Of a DNA stretch of 64,000 nt, positions 38,971 through 51,659 are shown piece after piece (positions within the stretch are counted from its first letter, which is position 1; each line of letters starts with the position of its first letter). The notes under the pieces were generated by a model, which did no database searches, was not told the origin of the DNA, and worked only from the letters and a program-made list of their open reading frames with translations. A program made the translations under genes and the position numbers. This DNA is from Leucoraja ocellata (Eukaryota), in contig JAWMAR010000067.1 of the NCBI GenBank assembly GCA_036785375.1, positions 6,882,001 through 6,946,000 on the forward strand, given 5' to 3'.

Positions 38971-40289
38971 CAAAGTAGATCATAGTCAGACAGCATGGAA
39001 ACAGACCCTTTGGCCCAGCTTGCCCATGCCACCCAAGATGCCGTATCTACACTAGTCCCACCTGCCCACGTTTACTCCATATGTCTTTAAATCTTTCCTA
39101 TCTATGTACCTGTCCAAATGTTGATATAGTAACCTGCTTCAACTTTATCCTCTGGCAATTCATTCCATGTACCCACAGCCCTTTGTGTGGAAAATACTTT
39201 CCCTCAGGTTCCTGTTAAATTTTTACCCTCTCCTTAAACTTGCATCATCTGGTTCTCGATCCCCCTACTTTGTTTAGGGGAAACATGATGAATTTCTGGG
39301 AAAACAGATGCTTGAATTGTCCAGTAATATTTTGCAAAAAGTTTGTGTTTGACACTTAATTAGTTCACAAACTGGTTTACTTTTTCAATCCCACCTGTCT
39401 CTTTGATATAATTTGAAGCTTACAAAAGGAAATCGGTGCATCAAAATACAGAACAATCAATGTGAATTTTATTAATATTTTTCTCCTATTGGGCAATATT
39501 AAAGCTAAGCTGCATTGTAAAGATAAATTGTGAGTATTGAGGAAATCGAAGAATTAAATAAAAAAAATATAGGACAAAATTATTCCTGGTATTGGGAGTT
39601 GTTAATTTTTATATATATTCCAACGGGTGGGGTTAATTGCTTCCTTAAATAATTGGAGGCATCTGTTCTTCAGAATAAGTGCAGTCTGATCTTGTTGATT
39701 CATGCACGATTTGTGAGACTGCACCTTTTGGAATTCAGGAGGCAGGGTGCGAAAGATAGAAAATATTTGAAAATGTATTTGACCATTAAGTGGGCGGCAC
39801 ACATTTTACCAGTTCAATGAGTTTCAATGTGAGTTTCAATGGTTGTATTAAAAATCTTCTGAAAATGAACTAGTTTTTAGTTGATAATCAAAAAAATTCA
39901 AAGAATAGATCAGCAAATACAGTACTACAAATCATAAATGAAGTATATCGTGGGCATTAAGAGCCAATTTGCACTGACCGCTAATCAGTGAATCCACATT
40001 CAAGGATCTTGGCCTCTCACCATCCCTGCCAATGAGTCCAAGTGCATTCTGAGTGAATGAATTGTAGTGCCAGATATATTTTGCTACATACCCCTCTGCC
40101 TGGGCCCATCACAGCTGATGCATCTACTCCAGCTCCATTTATTGGGAAGGCATGGTTGGCCTTCTAGGGCAGGGTACCGTTCCTGTGAACTGTTGGTAAT
40201 GTCAACAGTTTGCAAATTGGAAATGCAGCCACAGACCAAGTTCCCACATGGGAGAAGATGCCTGCAGCCCCTCGGCAGCGACAAATCCA

Positions 40290-40930
40290 TATTGCCAGTC
40301 TCTCAAATGGTCGGGCTTCGGTGTCACGCTAACCACGCCCCACACAAATGGGGGAGGGCAGAGAGGGAGGGGGGGTAGAGAAGGAGGAGGGCAGAGAGGG
40401 GGGGAGGGCGGAGGGGATAGAGGCAGCACCTACCCAGGTCGTAGAGCAGCAGCTCCCCAGGTCATAGAGCAGCAGCCCCCCCGCCAGACGTCGGGCGGCG
40501 GACCCGAGCGAGGCCGCAAGGCGGGCGTCCGTTGTCCCGAGGATCCCAAACGAGGCGGCGGGTGGGTGTCGAGCCGGGCTCGGCCTGCAGCTGCAGCCTC
40601 CCCACCAGGCGCCAGGCCCGAGCAAGGCTGCGGGCGGGCCTGGACCCGAGCGAGGGCAGCACACAGACCTATTGTGACGTCATCAGCCAAAGCTGCTTGG
40701 TTTTATTTTCAAAGTTATTTCAGATTCTTGAACATTTTGATTAATAACTCGAGAAATAAAGAATTAATTTTTTAGGTAAGACGATTTCGGAGTCCACAGG
40801 ATAAATCTACCAGAATATGTAAAAATGTTACCGTTAGAGCGTCGTTTTTTTTGAGCAGATGTGATCTCAAACACCTCCTCTCCCCCCCGCCCTACACGAC
40901 TTTATTAAAAAATATATTACTTATATACTG
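40290..40930 (-). mobile_element. GC-rich non-autonomous element, possibly Helitron-type
   Basis: GC-rich core sharply bounded by an AT-rich end block (taataactcgagaaat...ccgttagagcgtcgtttt...ttatata); no TIR or TSD seen. Confidence 0.35.
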
Positions 40931-41427
40931 ACCCAATTGTAGATGTGGTTGAGCCTCGCAATTGTTAGTTATTTTCCAATTGTTTTGATGAATCTATAGT
41001 GGAAGTATACATCTGGTACGATTTTTGCATTCATAGGTCATACAAAACAAATCTTGTACAGACCTTTCTAATCATGTGCCTGGATAACGAATGGGTTCCA
41101 TTTTTGCAGGTGTCCTTAAGTAGAATTTGTCCCTAAGTTGGAAAATACACAGAAAACGCTCAATATGATAACCATACCATTACAGTATTTTAATTAATGG
41201 CCATCAAAAACACTTCAGACCAATAAGAAACGCCTATTACTAAGAGTGAAGAGAGAGAAAATAGAAACTAATGTACCTCAATTTTTTTTAACTTTAATAA
41301 TATTGTGGGAGATCGAGTGTGGCGTTTATAAACTGTTTTTTAATTTACTTAATGGCTCCATAAAACACTCGTAAATTTGTAGCTCAAAAACACCTGTAGT
41401 TAATTTTTTTTTTCATTACCAAACTAG

Positions 41428-41539
41428 AGATTATGTTGAAACCCAGTGAAGAAGGGATGCCTGATTTGGTTCACGTGATGCGCACCCTCTCAATGGAGAA
41501 TATCCCTAATCTTCCACCAGGAGGAGGACTTGCAAGCAA
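41428..41539 (+). CDS. PPM1B: PPM1B coding exon 3 ([38 protein letters not shown])
   Basis: T-rich tract then ctag|AG acceptor and AA|gtgagt donor; 112 nt; phase 1 matches; PP2C C-terminal domain motif PNLPPGGGL. Confidence 0.96.
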
Positions 41540-43439
41540 GTGAGTATGAAAATATTTTTCATCTATAATGACGGTCATCAACTTTGTACCTTAGATATGA
41601 TTGTTATTTGACTGCCTAAATCAACGGACTCATCCTAGCACAACCAGAGCAATGCTGAACTACTACTACTACCTACCTCTTTGATGTCCCTCGGACTATC
41701 CTTGACCGGACTTTGCTGGCATTACCTTGCACTAAAGTTATTCCCTTATGTATCTATACACTGTAAATTAATTAATTATAATCATGTTTTGTCTTTCTGC
41801 TGACTGGTTAGTATGCAACAAAAAGCTTTTCACTGTACTTCGGTACATGTGACAATAAAATAAACTGAACTGGAAATGGTTAAATAATGAGAAATACATC
41901 TACTTATGGCGAACAAAACTCTTCTTACATGAGTTTTATTCATCTTTTTTTTCAAATAATTATCTTTCCAATCATATTACAGAATAATAATGTCCTTAAA
42001 TACATTGGAGTCAAAGCTTAACAATGGGATAAAATAGAGCAAGGAGTTACTTTGGATATTGGAAGTGATGAGGAAATGAGATGTACGTTTTTCCAATTGG
42101 GATAAAGTGAGAAATTGCATTTCTGCTGGCCAAGGTCTTCACTCCTCCTCGGATACAGGGATAGTGCCAAAGGACCTGTAATGATGCATACAGTGCCCTC
42201 CATAATGTTTGGGACAACGGCCCATCATTTATTTATTTGCCTCTGTACTCCAGAATTTGAGATTTGTAATAGAAAAAAAATCACGTGGTTAAAGTGCACA
42301 TTGTTAGATTTTAATAAAGGCCATTTTTATACATTTTGGTTTCTCCATGTAGAAATTACAAGAGTGTTTATACATAGTCCCCCCCATTTCAGGGCACCGT
42401 AATGTATGGGACACCGCAATGTCATGTAAATGAAAGTAGTCATGTTTAGTATTTTGTTGCATATCCTTTGCATGTAATGACTGCTTGAAGTCTGCGATTC
42501 ATGGACATCACCAGTTGCTGGGTGTCTTCTCTGGTGATGCTCTGCCACGCCTGTATTGCAGCCATCTTGAGCTTAATGCTTGTTTTGCAAGTCCCCTTCT
42601 GTTTTCTCTTCCGCATACACAAGGCATGCTCAATTGGATTCAGATCAGGTGATTGACTTGGCCACTCAAGAATTAATCTTTTTTCAGCTTTGAAAAACTC
42701 CTTTGTTGCTTTAGCAGCATGTTTGGGATCATTGTCTTGCTGTAGAATGAACCGCCGGCCAATGGGTTTTGAGGCATTTGTTTGAACGTGGGCGTATAGG
42801 ATGTGTTTATACACTTCAGAATTCATTATGCTACTACTATCAGCAGTTGTTTCATCAATGAAGATAAGTGAGCCAGTACCTTCAGCAGCCACACATGCTC
42901 AGACCATAATATCCCCACCACCGTGTTTCATAGATGAGGTGGTATGCTTTGGATCTTGGGCAGTTCCGTCTCTCCTCCATACTTTGCTCTTGCCATCACT
43001 CTGATATATGTTAATCTTCGTCTTATTTGTCCACAAGACCTTTTTCCAGAACTTTGGTTGCTCTTTTAAGTACTTCTTGGCAAACTGTTACCAGGCCATC
43101 CTATTTTTGCGGCTAACCAGTGGTTTGCATCCTGCAGTGTAACCTCTGTATTTCTGTTCATGACGTCTTCTGCGAACAGTGGTCATTGACAAATCCACAC
43201 CCGACTCCTGAAGAGTGTTTCTGATCTGTCGGACAGATGTTTGGGGATTTTTCTTTATTATAAAGAGAATTCTTCTGTCATCCGCTGTGGAGGTCTTCCT
43301 TGGCCTGTCAGTCCCTAAGCGATTAGTAAGCTCACCAGTGCTCTCTATCTTCTTTGTGATGTTCCAAACAGTTGATTTTGGTAAGCCTAAGGTTTGGCTG
43401 ATGTCTCTTAACAGCTTTATTCTTGTTTCTCAGTCTCAT

Positions 43440-44263
43440 AGAAATATAGATACATAGAAAATAGGTGCAGGAGTAGGCCATTCGGCCTTTCGAGCCTGCA
43501 CCGCCATTCAATATGATCATGGCTGATCATCCAACTCAGTATCCTGTACCTGCCATTCTCTCCATACCCCCTGATCCCTTTAGCCACAAGGGCCACATCT
43601 AACTCCCTCTTAAATGTAGCCAATGAACTGGCCTCAACTACCTTCTGTGGCAGAGAGTTCCAGAGATTCACCATTCTGTGTGAAAAATGTTTTTCTCATC
43701 TCGATCCTGAAGGTGGTATGCTTTGGATCTTGGGCAGTTCCGTCTCTGCGTCCCCCTTTATCCTTAAACTGTGACCCCTTGTCCTGGACTTCCCCAACAT
43801 CGGGAACAATCTTCCTGCATCTAGCCTATCCAACCCCTTAAGAATTTTTAAGTTTCTATAAGATTCCCCCCTCAATCTTCTAAATTCTAGCAAGTACAAG
43901 CCGAGTCTATCCAGTCTTTCGTCATATGAAAGTCCTGACATCCCAGGAATCAGTCTGGTGAACCTTCTCTGTACTCCCTCTATGGCAAGAATGTCTTTCC
44001 TCAGATTTGGAGACCAAAACTGTACACAATACTCCAGGTGTGGTCTCACCAATACCCTGTACAACTGCAGTAGAACCTACCTGCTCCTATACTCAAATCC
44101 TTTTGCTATGAATGCTAACATACCATTCGCTTTCTTCACTGCCTGCTGCACCTGCATGCCTACTTTCAATGACAGGTGTGCCATGACACCCAGGTCTCGT
44201 TGCATCTCCCCTTTTCCTAATCGGCCACCATTTAGATAATAGTCTCCTTTCCTGTTTTTGCCA
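43440..44263 (-). mobile_element. CR1 3' end inserted in the Tc1 transposase
   Basis: (catagaaa)n tail at ~43437-43461; RPHLEYCVQFWSP; splits the transposase at ...KEAIM|RLRNKNK. Confidence 0.92.
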
Positions 44264-44466
44264 CGATGTCATGATGGCTTCTTTGACTTTCATTGACACA
44301 ACTTTGGTCCTCATGTTCATAAACAGCAATAAAAGATTCCAGAGGTGATGGAAAGACTGGAGGAAAGACTAGGTGCTGAGAGCTCTCTTATACTGCATTA
44401 AGGAGGCACTTAAACACACCAGAGCAATTACAAACACCGTGAAGTAATGTGTCCCAAACATTATGG

Positions 44467-44751
44467 TATGGGCGGAAATCCCGGAGGGGGGGGGGGGGGG
44501 GGGGGAATGACACACACCTCCCCCCCCCCCCCATCCGGACATGATCAGGCGCTTTCTAAGGGCTGAATCGGCCTGTTCACGGGGCCTTTCAGTGCCCGGA
44601 GAGGTTTAAAATCAGACTGCTGCATCGAGGCGATCGATGTTACAGTCCGACCGGCCAACGGCCGAAGCCTCGCGTGTGTGTGCGCGCGCGCATGCGCGGC
44701 TGCCAAGAAATTGTGTCCCCCCACATGTTTTAATAGCGATTTCTGGGCATG
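44467..44751. mobile_element. Short hAT-like MITE inserted in the inner Tc1 TIR
   Basis: 8-bp TSD cattatgg at 44459-44466 and 44752-44759; imperfect TIRs tatgggcggaaatc / gatttctgggcatg. Confidence 0.8.
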
Positions 44752-46781
44752 CATTATGGCGCCCTGAAATGGGGGGACTGTGTAAAATGCAGCTGTAATT
44801 TCTACACTGTGAAAATATCTTTTAATAAAATCTGACAATGTGCACTTTAACCACATGTGAATTTTTTTGTTACAAATCTCAAATTGTGGAGTACAGAGGC
44901 AAATAAATAAATGGTGGATCTTTGTCCCAAACATTATGGAGGGCACTGTAGATTCATTAAAAGGACAAGGAATAAGGCCAGGTTCGAACGACAGTGTTAC
45001 AAAGAGCGAAGCAATCTGAGCCACGTGAACATGAACAGGTTGGGTCAGCGTTCAACCCTGGTAGTAGCTGCGTTAATCGACTAGCCGCGGGTGTGGACAT
45101 CCTCTGTGAACATCGGGGGAAAGCATGAGCCAATGCCTAAGCACTAGCTACACACCCAAGGACAGAATCTGTCCCTGTGGATCACACTACCGTGTCACTC
45201 CACCAGTGCCACCCTTCCGATCAGTGGAAAGCAGGGTGCCACCTAACCATTCCATGTCTGACACCATTACAGCCTCCAACTTCCCTTAATTCCTGGCTTC
45301 AACAACCATACCATCATCCATTGAGAATGCCTTACCCCAACTTCCTCCTCCTCGCAAGCCACCTTTTCTCTGCCAGTCACACCCTTAACATTCCAAAATG
45401 GAGTCCTTGCCAGATGTGGACAACCATTTCCACCATAAGCACACTCACTCCAAGCCTGTCATGTACCAGTGCAACATCCCTCAGCACTTATCCTATCCAT
45501 CCAGGTCAGAGAACACTTCTCAGCATCTGCACTACGGTTCCCGGCCTGCAAACATTCCCTCTGGTACATCTCGGTTCAACAAATTTACCAGCCAGCCCGA
45601 GGCCATCTCTGTTCACCTTCCCAAACCCTGGCTGTCGAGGTCGGATTATGTCCCGGTGGGGAATCGTGCCATGTGGCCATTTCTGTGTCCACATTCCCAG
45701 TTTGGGGAGCTTGTATACCCAGCGATAAAGCGGGTGCATTCTCTGCATGTGCCACTATCCTCTATCAGATCCGTTTCCATTTCCAGAACTGAGGTGCCCC
45801 CGGATGATGGGAAGGACTGCATATTTTATGATTTGGCAGATTCGTACAGTTCAATCAGGCTAAGGCAATTCCATTCATTCACTAGTCAAAATACGAGCCC
45901 TATGTCAGTAGATTTTGGGGTAAAATCTTCTCATATCCCAACGCACCCCACTACCCACAGAGTGGCACACATGCCAATGCGATGAATTGAGAGGACAGTT
46001 TTGTTAGTCGCGCTATGCCCCCAACTCCGGATGGGAAACTGGCCCACATGATGTGGGGCCCAGAGGATAAGTCCTGCTTCCAATCCATTCCACGAGAGGT
46101 TTGAAGTCGGCAGAACACCAAGGGTGGGGGGTGGGGGGAGGTGGGGGGGAAGGGGGAAGGGGGAAGGAAAGGTGATGCCCCAGTACGACAACGTGTCGCC
46201 AAAATTAGAGGAGGAATTTGGTGGCCTGGAGATCCTCCATTCCAGAAGTACGTCCGATTCTGAGAAAACTGGCATGGTGACTGGGCTGGGTGACACAGCA
46301 TGGCATTCTTTCATTGTAGACCGGACAATCAGGCTGAGGCAATTCCATTCATTCACTAGCCAAAATATAGCACCCTATGTCAGTAGATTTTAGGGCCATG
46401 TCCTGCTCCCGGTGGCAGTCGGAATTTAAGGATTTGCGGGAAGCGGCTGACATGAGCGAGGCTGGCGAACGGCAGGAAAGAGGTGTTCAGACGGAGAGCA
46501 CTGCCAGAGGTGAGCGGGCCGGCAGAAGGTGCTGAGGTGGCTGAGGATAGCCTAGTCTATCTTTCTTGGCTTACAACCTAACCTTCGGCCTCCAAGACGC
46601 AGGTAAATTTTTGTGCTTATTTTTGGGTAAAAAATAGCGTCTTCATTGCCAGGAAATATGGTATTTAAAAACATATAGCTCAAAGAAATTTACTTACCAC
46701 ATTATTTGTACAGAAACTCAGTGCAAAGTCAGAATTTCTGCTGCCTTTATAGACCATTGTCATTAAAGACTTGAAGCAGCG

Positions 46782-46955
46782 TCCATGGCACGTCAGCTGC
46801 ACATACTTTCGCTTATTACATGTACTGCAGATGAAAGGCATGGAAGAATTATGCCTACCTAAGAGATCGATCTCTTAGGTAGGCATAATTCTTCCGTGCC
46901 TTTCATCTGCAGTACATGTAACATGCAAAAGTATGTGCAGCTGACGTTCCATGGA
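46782..46955. repeat. Spacerless palindrome with 87-bp arms
   Basis: Centre ...cctaagagatc|gatctcttagg... at 46868/46869; about 5 mismatches. Confidence 0.95.
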
Positions 46956-47059
46956 TCTCTTAGGTAGGCATAATTCTCCATAATTACTATTTTATAATTT
47001 TAGTCAGGGTAGGCACTGCCTACCTAGCCTACCCTGATGGCACCTGCCTGCTGCCTACT

Positions 47060-48053
47060 AGCCAACGTGGTCACTAGAAAACAAAGCGGAGGACTTAAGG
47101 TCAAGGATGCTTTACCAAAGGGAGCTGAGGGAATGCTCTGTGTTCTGTTTCACAGAGACATGGCTCACCCCCAGCTCCCCAGACTCAGCGTTTCTCCATG
47201 TTTCTCCATCCACTGTATGGACCACACGCAGGTATCTGGGAAAGGGAGAGGTGGGGGCGTCTGCCTCATGGTTAATTATTCGTGATGCTCAGATGTGGCA
47301 GTCCTATCTAACTCCTGCTCTCCGCACCTGGAACATCTGTCGGTGAAGTGTCGCCCCTTCTACCTACCGAGGGAATTCACCTCCATCATCCTGACCGCGG
47401 TCTACATCCCACCCCAGGTAGATGTCCGTCTGGCACTGGAGGAGCTGCACGCCGTGGTCAACCAGACCAGCACCAGACAGCCTACCCCGAGGCGTTTACC
47501 ACCATAGCCGGGGACTTCAACAAAGCTAACCTGAAGGACATTATTGCCATAGAGGGAGTGCAGAGAAGGTTCACCAGACTGATTCCTGGGATGTCAGGAC
47601 TGTTTATGAAGAAAGACTGGATAGACTTGGTTTATACTCTCTAGAATTTAGGAGATTGAGAGGGGATCTTATAGAAACTTACAAAATTCTTAAGGGGTTG
47701 GACAGGCTAGATGCAGGAAGATTGCTCCCGATGTTGGGGAAGTCCAGGACAAGGGGTCACAGCTTAAGGATAAGGGGGAAATCCTTTAAAACCGAGATGA
47801 GAAGAACTTTTTTCACACAGAAAGTGGTGAATCTCTGGAACTCTCTGCCACAGAGGGCAGTAGAGGCCAGTTCATTGGCTATATTTAAGAGGGAGTTAGA
47901 TGTGGCCCTTGTGGCTAAGGGGATCAGAGGGTCTGGAGAGAAGGCAGGTACGGGATACTGAGTTGGATGATCAACCATGATCATATTGAATGGCGGTGCA
48001 GGCTCGAAGGGCCGAATGGCCTACTCCTGCACCTAATTTCTATGTTTCTATGT
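47060..48053 (+). mobile_element. Rex1 endonuclease fragment joined to a CR1 3' end
   Basis: FCFTETWL, RPFYLPREF, AVYIPP, AGDFNKANLK then DIIAIEGVQRRFTRLIPG; CR1 tail tttctatgtttctatgt at ~48050. Confidence 0.85.
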
Positions 48054-48799
48054 AGTCAGGATTGAACCTGTGTCACGGGCGTTGTGAGGCAACACCTGTA
48101 CCACTGTGACACTTTTCCACCCTATTCTGACTCTGGTTTCACTTCCCCAACCCCTGTTACCCCCACAATACCTCTTATCTCATGCACCAGTTTTTTTTAT
48201 GTGGTACATTATCAAATACTTTCTGACCATTGAAATGCACTCCGTCTATTGGTCCCCCTCAATCAACTATATCTTTGAAGACTGTCAGCAAATTTGTCAG
48301 ACATTATTTCATATTCAAAAGACCATGCTGACTTGCTGTGATTGCTTTAAACTTTTGTAAATGACTAGCTATTCCTTCATTGAGATAGACTACAATAGCT
48401 TCCCAACAACAGATATTAAGCCAACTGATCTATAGGTTGGACAGGCTTGACTTGTAACGGTAGAAGTCTAGAACAGTAAAAGGCGAATTAATGGAAACAT
48501 GCAAATTCCTTAGATGCCTTGAAATGCTGGATGTTGAGAGGATGTTTCTTCCTGTGGGTGAATCTAGAAACTGGCATCACAATTTAAATATAAGGGTTTG
48601 CCCAATTAGTACAGATGAGAGTAAATTATTTCTGAAGGTTAAGAGTCTTTGAAATTATGACATTGTCACGAGCTGAATAGATAAGGCCGAACCACTTAAG
48701 AGGTACTGGAGACTGCACATGCTGGAATCTTAAGCAAAAAACAAAATGCTGGCGGAGCTCAGAGACGCTGCGTTCCTCCAACAATTGTCTTTTGCTTTC

Positions 48800-50165
48800 T
48801 ATGCATATTTGGACTTTACGAAGGCTTTTGGTGGGGTATAACAATAAACAAAATTAGAGCACGGTACTATACTGGTATGGATTGTGGATGTAACACAGAA
48901 TAAATATAAACAGGCTATTTTCGAGTTAGGAGATTATGTATGAGCAGTTGTGCACCACAGGCTCTAATATTGTCCCCAATGATCACAATCTATCATTTAT
49001 TTGGGCAAGGAGATCAAGCGTGATATATTCAAGTTTTCTAATAATATAAATCTAGCAATGTGGGATCTGAGGAGAATGCAGCAAGGGATTTGGGGGTTTT
49101 GGACAGGTAAATGAATGGGCAAGGATATGGCAGATAGAAAATGTTATGGAAAAATATGCAGTCATCTTTTTGGTCAGAAACAAAAAGGTGAAATATGTTG
49201 ATGCTCAGAAGAGCTTGTTGAGTCTGTGTACTGAAATTCCTTAAGTTAATATCGAGATATAGCAGGCAGTTGGGAAATACGTTGGCTAATATTGTCAGAT
49301 GATTTGAATATCAAAACAGACAATTTTCTCCAATTATATTGGCCCCCGGCGTGATAATATGTAGCATATTGTGTACAGGTTTGACCTCCCCACTTAAGAA
49401 AGGATCGAGTTAGAGGAATGCTGTTTAAAATTCATCAGCTTAATTCGTGGAATGGTGACTTTGTTGCATGAGGTTTAAATAAATAGACTGGTGAATACTC
49501 TTTAGTGCTTGAAAGAACAAGAGCTGTTTTCATTAAAAGGCACAAAATTCTCATCGAGATTGACAGCTTGGATGTTTTGTTTAGAGATACAGCAAGGAAA
49601 CGGGCCCTTTGGCTCACTGAGTGTGCGCCGATCCGTAGACTAGTTCTATCCTACGCACCAGGGACAATTTACAGAAGCCAATTAGCCGACAAACCTGCAC
49701 GTCTTTGGAATGTGGGAGGAAACCGGAGCACCGGAATAAACCCCACACAGTCACAGGGAGAACGCACAAACTCCATACAGACAGCACTCGTAGTCAGAAA
49801 CAAACTTTGGTCTCTGGTGCTGTAAGGCAGCAGCTGCCCCACTGTGCCACTCCACTGTGAAGTTCATGCTTTCCCGAGCTGGTATGTCCACTGCTGTCAG
49901 GGGTTCAAATTCACCATTCTGGACATAGATGCGATTAAATTTATTCACCCAGATGTGATGGTTTCTGCATGTGTGAGGCTTGTTGAGTTTTAGTCGGTAA
50001 GTATATTCATGATTAAGATCAAAACATTTGCAGATATTGAGGAATCGAGGAATATGAGGTTATCTGTAGGTAGGAAATTCATGATGATAAGCCATAATCT
50101 TACTGAATGATGGAACAGGTATGAGGGGCCTAATGGCCTACTTTTGCCTTTATTTTGTATGTTCT
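48800..50165 (+). mobile_element. Old degraded CR1 RT/3' end interrupted by a SINE
   Basis: Decayed YLDF..AF and YCVQ motifs; CR1-like 3' end (aatggcctactt...tatgttctt). Confidence 0.55.
49575..49850 (-). mobile_element. tRNA-derived V-SINE (HE1-like)
   Basis: Reverse-complement homologue of 52425-52730: V-domain ggtttcctcccacattccaaagac, tail tgtatctctaaac. Confidence 0.85.
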
Positions 50166-50789
50166 TGTCAGTGTCATAGAGCTATACAGCACAGATACAC
50201 ACCCTGTGGCCCAACTCATCCATGCTGACCAAGTTGCCTAATTGGGCTAATCCTGCTTGTCTGCACCTGGCCCAGATTCCTGCAAACCTTTCCTATCCAT
50301 GTATCTGTCCAAGTGTCTTTTAATCGTTTGGCAGCTTGTTTTGGCCCTTGGGTCCCTTTTGGATCTTTCCCTTCATGTTAAAACTGGCCCCTCTGGAGTC
50401 TAGTTTTAGACAATTAGGTTATTCATCTTATCTATGTCCATTATGATTTCATAATCTGTAAATTCACTTCCTACACTCTGGAGGGAAAACGATCCAGTCT
50501 CTCCTTGTGTCTCAAACCTTCCAGTCCTGGTAACATTATCGTATATCGTATATCGTATATCCATTTGTATCACTACCTTAAGGAAAATATGTACCTGCTT
50601 CCCAAAGGCAATCGGTTCTACATCACTCCCCAAAGCCTTACGAATTACAGGGCAAGTTCTGCCCTGTTTTGACTTACTAAATTCAAAATGGTGTGTTGAT
50701 CAGATTTTAAACTCCAACTGCTATTCCTTGGTTTTGTCTTCTCCATTCCTTTCTATCCTTCAAATTGTCATCTTAAATCTCTCTAAGAT

Positions 50790-50965
50790 ATGCTGGAGTA
50801 ACCCTGGGGGTAAGGCAATATCTCTGGACAAAAGGAATATGTGACAAGGTCTGAAGAAGAGTTCCAACCCGAAACGTCACCTATTCCTTTTGTCCAGAAA
50901 TGTTGCCTTACCTGCTGAGATACTCCAGCATTTTGTGTCAGCATCTGCAATTCTTTCCTACACGT
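50790..50965 (+). mobile_element. Fold-back Penelope terminal-repeat derivative with a hammerhead-like core in the loop
   Basis: Inverted arms 50790-50845 and 50876-50931; AGGT-CTGAAGA-...-GAAA-CG-TC-ACCT at 50847-50882. Confidence 0.7.
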
Positions 50966-51659
50966 CTAAACCGTTTGTGAACAACTTTGTAACACAGTTT
51001 TGAGATCACCTACATCTTATGTATCTACCACTGCATGCCATTTCGTGGCCTGGCTGGGCCACACTTTTAAGATTCCCTATTCTAGCTCCCAAGTTATGAC
51101 TTGTTCTGATTTCTCTCTAATAACATGTAATGGCTTGGCAAACCTCATCCTGTCCATAAACCTTTATCTTTCTCCATTGATCCTTTTCTCACTAAACTGC
51201 TGGTCACCCAAATTATCTTCCTGTCTGATATTAACTGATGTTGCTCATGTTCTTTAATCTTAATGACTATCTTTCATCCCATTAAATCTGCCGTTCCTAA
51301 TTTTCTCACAGTTACAGAACTGCAAGGAGTGAATCTTTTTTCATTTTCTAATATCTAATCAGGTTCTATCTGTTTCAGACTGGAGTGAAAAGCCCTACTA
51401 ATTCTTTAAATGCTTTAATCTTTTTCTCGTAATGTTCATTCGCACTGGGGGAAATTTTCTGTCTGAAAGATATGCTAAAAGTAAGGTAACAAAAATAATT
51501 TTACTCGCGTTTTAACTATCAAATTTCGATTGAATTAGATTTCTTGGTTTATTACCGGTTTACATTTTGGTAGAGGTAATAGTCGTACGATAAATTCTCC
51601 ATTTCTTTGAAAGTAACAGGAAAAAAGTTTGATAATGTGTGTTTCTCTAAACCGTTTAG

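Larger units (their letters stand above)
42191..44948 (-). mobile_element. Decayed Tc1 transposon with ~220-bp TIRs and two nested insertions
   Basis: TA|CAGTGCCCTCCATAATGTTTGGGACAA...TTGTCCCAAACATTATGGAGGGCACTG|TA; transposase motifs FILQQDNDPKH and WPSQSPDLNPIE (42446-42892); N-terminal piece at ~44270-44329. Confidence 0.95.
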
